Positions 6,077 through 11,558 of a stretch of DNA of 11,558 nt are shown piece after piece (within the stretch, counting starts at the first letter, position 1; every line of letters begins with the position of its first letter). The position numbers were made by a program, and so were the translations under genes. The stretch spans positions 1 through 11,558 of the forward strand of contig NQJD01000052.1 of the NCBI GenBank assembly GCA_004284765.1, given 5' to 3'. The notes below the pieces were generated by a model, which worked only from the letters and a program-made list of their open reading frames with translations, was not told the DNA's origin and ran no database searches. Origin of the DNA: Candidatus Electronema aureum. GTDB taxonomy: Bacteria > Desulfobacterota > Desulfobulbia > Desulfobulbales > Desulfobulbaceae.

Positions 6077-6114
6077 TGTCCCCGACAATATCTAAATGGA
6101 TATTGTCGGGGACA
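6077..6114. repeat. Perfect 16-bp-stem inverted repeat (6-nt loop) at the MMPL stop / AT-rich insert junction
   Basis: tgtccccgacaatatc (6077-6092), loop taaatg, then gatattgtcggggaca (6099-6114), which is the exact reverse complement. ATATTGTC occurs three times: 6073-6080 forward, 6084-6091 reverse, 6100-6107 forward. Confidence 0.85.
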
Positions 6115-6129
6115 CAGCTGCCTGTTGCC

Positions 6130-8748
6130 TCAGCCCTTCTCCGCAAACTCCTTCAGCTCCTTCTTGAACACCCAGCCCTTCATCACCGTCAGCAAGGCGG
6201 GCAAAATCCACAGGGTCGCAAAGCCGGAGTAGAACATAATTGAGGCCAAGAATACGCCCACAGTCTGATACGGCACCAGCGGGGCCAGCAGCAACGGAGT
6301 GAATCCCACCGCTATCACGATGATATTGCGGAGTATTGCCCTTGCTGGCTCATCAAACATGTCGCGGACAGCGGCAGCCCAATCGCCAGTTTTGGCCATC
6401 GTCATCCGAGTACGTTGGAGGAAGTGGATAGCAAAATCAACCGCCAAGCCCAAGGTCAGCGAGGACAGCACTGCTACCGGCATGTCGTAATCCTTGCCGA
6501 TCCAGCCGAGGATGCCGTAAATAAACACGACAGTGAAAGTTAGCGGAATCATCGACAGCAGACCCCATACTACAGAACGGAACATAAACGCCATCATGAT
6601 AAAAACCATGACAAAGCTGGAGAGAAAGGAATTTCTCATGCCTGTTGTCATCTTTGCTTGCCAGATCACGTTAATGTAAGTCAATCCTGCCCATTCATGC
6701 TTTAATTCCACCGGCGGCGGATTTTTTGCAAAATACTGTTCCACGTCGGTAAGCACCCGCTCGGTGTCTTTGTTATCACCGCTTCGCAGCTGAATCCAAA
6801 GATTGGCCTTCGTGTAATCCGGTGTGACTAAATGCCAGAGGTCATCCGGCTTGTGGCTGTTCTGGAAGGAAATTAACGTCTCAGCCACAGCGTTGACTGT
6901 ATCCGGGATAACAAACCGCTGCGGATTACCTTCATACAGCTCCTGATGCACCTTTTTTACTACATCGCTGATGCTGTTGGATTTCCCTACATCGCCCTGT
7001 TTGGCCAAGTGTGCTTGGAAATCGGCGAGATAGCGTAGCATGTCGGGCCGCTTGAAGATTTCCTTGCGGCTGCGAACTTTTTCCAAAGCCTCGATAGCCG
7101 CCGTCCAAAATTGGTAGCCTGCTTCATCTTCTGCCGGAACATTGTCTAACTCACTGTTCCACGCCTCCGCCAAGCTGTCAAGCAGTGCTGCGCCGGGCTG
7201 CCCTGCCGCAGCTTCCTCGGCCACAGCCTTCAGTGCGGTTTCTTTCAAATCACCAGCCAGCAGCTCTAGTTCCTTTTTCAGCAGATCAGCAGCTTCGGCA
7301 GAGGTCAGCTCCTTAGCCTCACCGGAGAGCACAAGATAGGCTTCGTAGGTGCCGCCAAAATGGCTATTCAATACCCGGTCGGCCACGCGGACTTCATGAC
7401 TTTTCTTGAACCACTTCACCGGGTTGTCATTGACCTGAATCATCGAAATACCGATCACACCCACCAGCATAATGCCGATGTTTACGCCGATCACTAACCA
7501 AGGTTTGCCGGATGAAGTTTTACCGATCCAGCGCAAATGCCGGTTCAGCGGTGAGCTTGCATGAGCCGGATGCTCTGCGGATGCACCAAAATTCTCCAGA
7601 CTGCTTTCTGGAATCAACATGACATAAGCCGGAATAAACAGCATAGTCAGCAGCCAAGCCAGCATAATGCCGATACCAACAAAAATACCAAAAGACTGAA
7701 TCGGTGGAATCGGCGTGGTGGCTAAAGAAGCAAAACCAGCTGCCGAGGTCAGCGAGGTAAAAAACATGGAGACAAACAGCTCGCTCATCACGTGCATGAT
7801 GGCTTTCTTTTTGTCTCGGAAACGATGATACGTATCAAAAAATTCAGAAAGAATATGCACCGAATCTGTCACCGCGATCGGCATAATGAAGATCGGGATC
7901 ATCGAACTCATGATGTGCAAGGTATGACCAGTGCCGATCAGCAGACCCATCGTGATGATCACCGAACAAACCGCCAGAATCATCGGTGCAGTGATCAGCT
8001 GCAAATTACGGAAGAAAAAATACATCAGCAGGAAAATCATCAACATGGCCATTGGTGCAGAAATAGCCATCTGAATGAACATTTCCTTGCCAAAGGTGTC
8101 CTCTGCTACCGGCAGACCCGTGATGTGGAATTCATCATCGCCCGCGCCGATCTCTTTAATCTTGGCCCGCAGTCGCTCCGCCACTGTGTGAGCAAAATCT
8201 TTTTTGGTAATCGGTAAATAAATGGCCAGAGCTTTACCGTCCTCCGAAACCATCGTCCCTTTGAGCAGCGGATTCGCCAAAGCTGCGTCGCGAATTTTCA
8301 AAGCCTCTTCGCGGGTAGTCGGCGGTTCCTTCATCAGCCACTCAAAACGTACTTGTCCCAGTCCGGCTTGAATGATGTTATCGACGTTGTCCGGGGCAAT
8401 GATGTCACGGCCAACCACCCGCCGTTCCGCATTGTTAGGGTCAGCCAGCGTGGCCGCGAATTTGCTCAGAGCATGGGCTTTTTTGAGTGTCGCGGGGTTG
8501 AATACGCCGTCAGGATGCTTCTCATTGACCACGCCTACAGCTACCACATCGTGTAGGCCAAATTCCTTCTTGGTCAGGTCATGAAAAACTCGCACTCGTT
8601 CATGCTCTGAAAGCATGTTCTCCGGGTCTGTATCAACATGAACCCGCACGATGAATGCTCCGATGACTAATGTGGCCAAGAGCATGGCGGCAATGACCGC
8701 TTTGGGTTTTTGCAAAGAAAAACCCACCATTATTTCCGCTAACCGCAT
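6130..8748 (-). CDS. MMPL-family / RND-superfamily exporter (COG1033-type, two 6-TM bundles with large periplasmic loops)
   Basis: An 872-aa protein. AGGAGG lies 5 nt upstream of the ATG at 8748. It has an N-terminal TM helix, then a periplasmic domain, then a TM cluster ('MAISAPMAMLMIFLLMYFFFRN...'). A second periplasmic domain and second TM cluster follow ('MVFIMMAFMFRSVVWGLLSMIPL...LGLAVDFAIHF'). This is the typical duplicated MMPL architecture. Confidence 0.85.
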   Translation of the reverse strand: MRLAEIMVGFSLQKPKAVIAAMLLATLVIGAFIVRVHVDTDPENMLSEHERVRVFHDLTKKEFGLHDVVAVGVVNEKHPDGVFNPATLKKAHALSKFAATLADPNNAERRVVGRDIIAPDNVDNIIQAGLGQVRFEWLMKEPPTTREEALKIRDAALANPLLKGTMVSEDGKALAIYLPITKKDFAHTVAERLRAKIKEIGAGDDEFHITGLPVAEDTFGKEMFIQMAISAPMAMLMIFLLMYFFFRNLQLITAPMILAVCSVIITMGLLIGTGHTLHIMSSMIPIFIMPIAVTDSVHILSEFFDTYHRFRDKKKAIMHVMSELFVSMFFTSLTSAAGFASLATTPIPPIQSFGIFVGIGIMLAWLLTMLFIPAYVMLIPESSLENFGASAEHPAHASSPLNRHLRWIGKTSSGKPWLVIGVNIGIMLVGVIGISMIQVNDNPVKWFKKSHEVRVADRVLNSHFGGTYEAYLVLSGEAKELTSAEAADLLKKELELLAGDLKETALKAVAEEAAAGQPGAALLDSLAEAWNSELDNVPAEDEAGYQFWTAAIEALEKVRSRKEIFKRPDMLRYLADFQAHLAKQGDVGKSNSISDVVKKVHQELYEGNPQRFVIPDTVNAVAETLISFQNSHKPDDLWHLVTPDYTKANLWIQLRSGDNKDTERVLTDVEQYFAKNPPPVELKHEWAGLTYINVIWQAKMTTGMRNSFLSSFVMVFIMMAFMFRSVVWGLLSMIPLTFTVVFIYGILGWIGKDYDMPVAVLSSLTLGLAVDFAIHFLQRTRMTMAKTGDWAAAVRDMFDEPARAILRNIIVIAVGFTPLLLAPLVPYQTVGVFLASIMFYSGFATLWILPALLTVMKGWVFKKELKEFAEKG

Positions 8749-8780
8749 GACTTCCTCCTGTTTTTAAATACTGTTGTCTT

Positions 8781-9068
8781 TCAGGCAATGCCGCAGAAGA
8801 GCTGTTTCATGGTCTTCATCAGCTCGATGATCCTTTTATCTGCAATTCGGTTGTAGATGAAATTGGCTTCTTTACGGGAAGCGACAAGACCTTGATTACG
8901 CATAATATTGAGATGCTGACTGATGTTTGCACCGCTGGTCTCCAAGCTCTCCCGGATTTCACTCACTGACAGCTCCTGATGTTGGAGCAGGCAGAGGATT
9001 TGCAGCCGGATGGGATGGGATATTGATTTGAGCAGTAAGGCTAACTCGTTGACTTCTTTATCCGCCAT
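8781..9068 (-). CDS. ArsR/SmtB-family winged-helix transcriptional regulator
   Basis: A 95-aa protein. 'LKSISHPIRLQILCLLQHQELSVSEIRESLETSGANISQHLNIMRNQGLVASRKEANFIYNRI' is the classic ArsR HTH core. The ELCVCD-type metal site is absent, with only a single Cys in 'ILCLL'. GGAGA lies 5 nt upstream of the ATG. The gene ends 32 nt upstream of the MMPL gene. Confidence 0.85.
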   Translation of the reverse strand: MADKEVNELALLLKSISHPIRLQILCLLQHQELSVSEIRESLETSGANISQHLNIMRNQGLVASRKEANFIYNRIADKRIIELMKTMKQLFCGIA

Positions 9069-9098
9069 AGTTTCTCCGATGGTTCATTAATTAAGTTA

Positions 9099-9136
9099 TT
9101 AAGTATAAACTTAAATCATGAGTAACTTTTTGTCAA
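9099..9136 (-). promoter_or_regulatory. Candidate promoter of the arsR-MMPL operon with an overlapping palindromic operator
   Basis: Minus strand: TTGACA (plus-strand coordinates 9131-9136), a 17-nt spacer, then TAAGTT (9108-9113). The palindrome ttaagt-ataa-acttaa (9099-9114) overlaps the -10. A further ttaagt copy lies at 9091-9096. This would be a plausible autoregulatory ArsR site. Confidence 0.45.
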
Positions 9137-9148
9137 TAAGTTTTCTGC

Positions 9149-9180
9149 AAAAATCCGCCCGCTGCTGAGGACAGGCGGAT
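9149..9180 (-). terminator. Candidate intrinsic terminator after the pilD / small-membrane-protein unit
   Basis: Minus strand: stem atccgcc / ggcggat (9174-9180 pairing with 9153-9159), a 14-nt loop, followed by U-rich 'uuuuugc' (plus-strand A run 9149-9153). It starts 10 nt after the stop at 9190. Confidence 0.55.
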
Positions 9181-9189
9181 CAACAGAAC

Positions 9190-9447
9190 TTAGAGATTGG
9201 CATCTGGGGTTTTATAATACTTTGCGTTTTCGTCGTGTTCCGGGCCTTTTTCATTTAAGACACGGTTAATGCGGCCCGGCATTTTGGTCACGGGTTCATC
9301 CATCATCAGCTCGTAGCCGATTGAAAAAGCTAAGACAACGGCAACAGTGATGAATGTTTTTTTCTTTCGATACTCTGGTGGCAGAAAAAACATGCCGACG
9401 AGCGCGGCACTCATGATGTAGAGATGATACTGGATAAGCAACGACAT
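9190..9447 (-). CDS. Small membrane protein, 85 aa, unknown function
   Basis: AAAGGAG lies 6 nt upstream of the ATG at 9447. It has two hydrophobic segments ('IMSAALVGMFFL', 'FITVAVVLAFSIGY') and a hydrophilic C-terminal tail. I recognise no family. Confidence 0.55.
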   Translation of the reverse strand: MSLLIQYHLYIMSAALVGMFFLPPEYRKKKTFITVAVVLAFSIGYELMMDEPVTKMPGRINRVLNEKGPEHDENAKYYKTPDANL

Positions 9448-9536
9448 AGCGCACTCCTTTGTAAGAAAAATATATCTAATGAGTTCTCATCTTGAGAAAT
9501 TCTTATTCAGCAGTTTGCACAAAAATCACATGACGA

Positions 9537-10316
9537 TTACAACACCCTAAGATACCACTGCCAGCCTGCCAAAATTCCATCTTGGAAGAAAAGCCACGAC
9601 AAGGCGGCCAGCGAGAGAAAGGGGCCAAAGGGAATGCGTGTTTGACTGTCTTTCTTTTGCAGCAGCAGGGATAGCCCGCCGATCAGCGAACCAACGAGCG
9701 AGCTGGCAAAGACCACATAGAGCAGGCTTTGCCAGCCGAGAAAGGCTCCGATCATCGCCAGCAGCTTAATGTCGCCGCCGCCCATGCCTTCCTTGCCAGT
9801 CAGCAGAGCGTAACCAACTGCCACGCCGTATAAAATGCCGCCGCCGATAAGGATGCCCAGCCCGGCCTGCTGCCAGGTCACTATCGGGTTTAGAAAAGAG
9901 CCAAGAAAGCCGATGACTATACCGGGCAGGCTGATTTTGTCAGGGATAATTTGGTGATGTAGATCAATGAAGATGACCACAAGCAGCGCGGCGACAAAGA
10001 GAAAATAGTAGAACAGGGCAAAGGAGGGGCCGAAGTTTCGGTAAAGTGCGCCGGAGAGCAGGGCCATGCACAATTCCACCACTGGATACTGAAGGGAGAT
10101 AGGAGCCTTACAGGTGCGGCATTTGCCACGCAGAGCCAGCCAGCTCAAGATAGGGATGTTCTCAAACCAGCGCAATTTCGTGTTGCATTTTGGGCAGTGC
10201 GAGGCCGGGAAAATCACAGACTGCCCTTCCTCCGGCAGGCGAAAGATGACCACGTTGAGAAAGGAGCCAACCAGCGCACCGAAAACAAAGCTGTAGATGA
10301 AAAAAAGCGTGTCCAT
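9537..10316 (-). CDS. pilD: Prepilin peptidase / N-methyltransferase (peptidase A24, PilD-type)
   Basis: 'FGALVGSFLNVVIFRLP', the four-Cys motif 'CPKC...CRTC', 'IDLHHQIIPD' and 'GGGDIKLLAMIGAFLGW' are the hallmark A24 motifs. I place the start at the ATG at 10316 (MDTLFFIY...). The ORF track's start at 10412 adds 32 non-conserved basic residues. Confidence 0.85.
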   Translation of the reverse strand: MDTLFFIYSFVFGALVGSFLNVVIFRLPEEGQSVIFPASHCPKCNTKLRWFENIPILSWLALRGKCRTCKAPISLQYPVVELCMALLSGALYRNFGPSFALFYYFLFVAALLVVIFIDLHHQIIPDKISLPGIVIGFLGSFLNPIVTWQQAGLGILIGGGILYGVAVGYALLTGKEGMGGGDIKLLAMIGAFLGWQSLLYVVFASSLVGSLIGGLSLLLQKKDSQTRIPFGPFLSLAALSWLFFQDGILAGWQWYLRVL

Positions 10317-10546
10317 GCCTCTGCCTCGCCTTGAGAAGTGTTTTTGTTGAACGGGAAGCCTGCGCCGGGTATTATACCTGACCGGCGGGCAAAGCACCGC
10401 CCGATTTTGCACCTGTTGCTTTTTCGGCTGAAGAATTGTGGGGGAGAGTGTCCTGCGGCCGACCTTGGGAAGCTGATCAACTGCCGGGCAGGGCCAAGCA
10501 ATGTAGTAGTCATAAGGATTTTTTCTCTATCGAACTGGTTAATTGT

Positions 10547-10759
10547 ATGCGTACTTCAATAGCTGAAAACAACAATTTTCGATGTCCAATATGTGGTGAC
10601 GATCTGACGCAAGATAAGGCTGGTCGTGGATTTGTGAGGCATAAAACCAATCCAGATTGTAAGTATGGGAATGGCGAGAGAGATGATACTGATAACTCGC
10701 AACCAACGATACGAAGAGCACAAGCGGATCGTGCGTGCAGCAAAGCACATAAAGCGTAG
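10547..10759 (+). CDS. Small zinc-ribbon-like protein (70 aa), hypothetical
   Basis: 'FRCPICGDDL...RHKTNPDCKYG' forms a CxxC...H/C pattern. The stop TAG (10757-10759) lies 2 nt before the ATG of the downstream PD-(D/E)xK pseudogene. The SD is weak. The ORF track's TTG start at 10436 adds an implausible-looking leader. Confidence 0.4.
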   Translation: MRTSIAENNNFRCPICGDDLTQDKAGRGFVRHKTNPDCKYGNGERDDTDNSQPTIRRAQADRACSKAHKA

Positions 10760-10761
10760 TT

Positions 10762-11277
10762 ATGCCCTACAGCGACTTTGATCTGAAATCCGTCAAGCAG
10801 AAGCTCGGCGTTCATCTGCGTGAGCAGCAGGGTTTGTTCGCTTCCGTGCCCTGCGCTGATCTTCGTCCGGCATTTCATGAGATTCTGCAAGAGAATGTGC
10901 CGCTGGCCCGCGCTGTCAACACGGAGAAAGCCCGCTCGGAGCTGATTATCTCCCCTGTGTTGGTGGAGCTGCGGAAGATGCTTCTGCACCGCATCAGCCT
11001 GTTTTCCGGTATCGAGTTCAATGTTGATAAAGCGCAAGGGTTGAACGGTTTCTGTGATTTCATCATCAGCGCGTCGCCGGAACAGTTTATTCTGAACAGC
11101 CCGGTCATTGCTGTGGTTGAGGCGAAAAATGAAAACATCATCGGCGGACTTGGGCAGTGCATCGCGGAAATGGTGCGGCAAAAATCTTCAATGAAGCGGA
11201 GAAAAGCAAGAATGCTGGAAACGTTTACGGCCTTGTGACCAGCGGCACCGCGTGGAAATTTCTGAAAATAGAAGAAC
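10762..11277 (+). pseudogene. PD-(D/E)xK / HsdR-N-like nuclease paralog, frameshifted and 3'-truncated by the IS
   Basis: The frame from 10762 gives 'MPYSDFDLKSVKQKLGV...CDFII...VIAVVEAKN...GLGQCIAEMV', then runs into junk and a stop. The homologous continuation 'AAKIFNEAEKSKNAGNVYGLVTSGTAWKFLKIEEQ' is in the frame of ORF 11157. This implies a 1-nt loss near 11173-11176. Homology to the intact paralog ends at 11277, where the IS arm begins, and about 30 C-terminal residues are missing. Confidence 0.75.
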
Positions 11278-11558
11278 AACCTAATGTGCAACTCTTAAAA
11301 AAGATGCCCGATCCATTGGGCGCATCCTGTAGAATAGTGGTATCTAAGCCCTATTCACAAGGAGTGCGCCAATGGATCGAGACGATTTTGTTATTGCTGT
11401 CTTTCTGCTTGTCTGTGAACAATACGGTGTCATCAGGCAGCAATGTCGGCTGCGGCGGGGCGGATTTAACCCTGCCTTAACAGATGAAGAAGTCATCACT
11501 ATGGAAATCTGCGGCGAGTATTTCAAACTCGAATGTGATAAGGACATCTTCGCATACT
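11278..11558 (+). mobile_element. Inner (transposase-proximal) 281 bp of the same IS element, right copy, inverted relative to the left copy
   Basis: It is the exact reverse complement of 1-281. It interrupts the PD-(D/E)xK paralog reading frame at 11277/11278. Confidence 0.8.
11373..11558 (+). CDS. DDE transposase, N-terminal 62 codons only (same as 1-186); open at the window edge
   Basis: The ATG at 11373 lies 8 nt after AAGGAG (11359-11364). The translation is identical to the left copy, with no stop before the window end. Confidence 0.7.

Noticed and set aside
10317-10412. 32-codon N-terminal extension of the prepilin peptidase (track start at 10412)
   Set aside because: The extension is basic and non-hydrophobic. 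It precedes the conserved 'MDTLFFIY...GSFLNV' start typical of PilD, so the internal ATG at 10316 is the more plausible start.
10510-11181. 223-aa minus-strand ORF (and 10875-11291 -, 138 aa)
   Set aside because: It is antisense to the zinc-ribbon ORF and the nuclease paralog. Its plus-strand counterpart aligns with the intact paralog at 4051-4650, and this ORF has no recognisable features.

Overview
This 11.6-kb segment has the gene content of a Desulfobacterota/deltaproteobacterium-like genome, though that lineage is only a guess. It is bracketed by two perfectly identical, inverted 281-bp arms (1-281 and 11278-11558). The arms are the transposase-proximal ends of two copies of one IS element, and both transposase genes read outward off the window edges. 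The segment between them carries four blocks. (1) A Tat-exported C_GCAxxG_C_C-type redox protein with a C-terminal CXXCH motif, followed by tRNA-Gln(CUG). (2) A long minus-strand operon: arsR-family regulator, MMPL/RND exporter, a 2.1-kb insert, LolA-like periplasmic protein, outer-membrane beta-barrel, DUF2892 membrane protein. (3) Prepilin peptidase plus a small membrane protein. (4) A small zinc-ribbon ORF followed by a decayed PD-(D/E)xK/HsdR-N-like gene that is frameshifted and cut off by the right IS copy. The most interesting region is the co-oriented insert at about 4039-6129, which splits the exporter operon. It starts with a 16-bp perfect hairpin built from three copies of ATATTGTC. 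It then carries a strongly AT-rich 301-codon orphan ORF with weak HEPN-like features, about 8.5 degenerate 41-45-bp tandem repeats, and an intact 199-aa PD-(D/E)xK nuclease-like gene. That last gene is a divergent paralog of the decayed gene at the right end. I read the insert as a candidate horizontally acquired defence or toxin-antitoxin-like module of unknown type. That functional reading is inference only.
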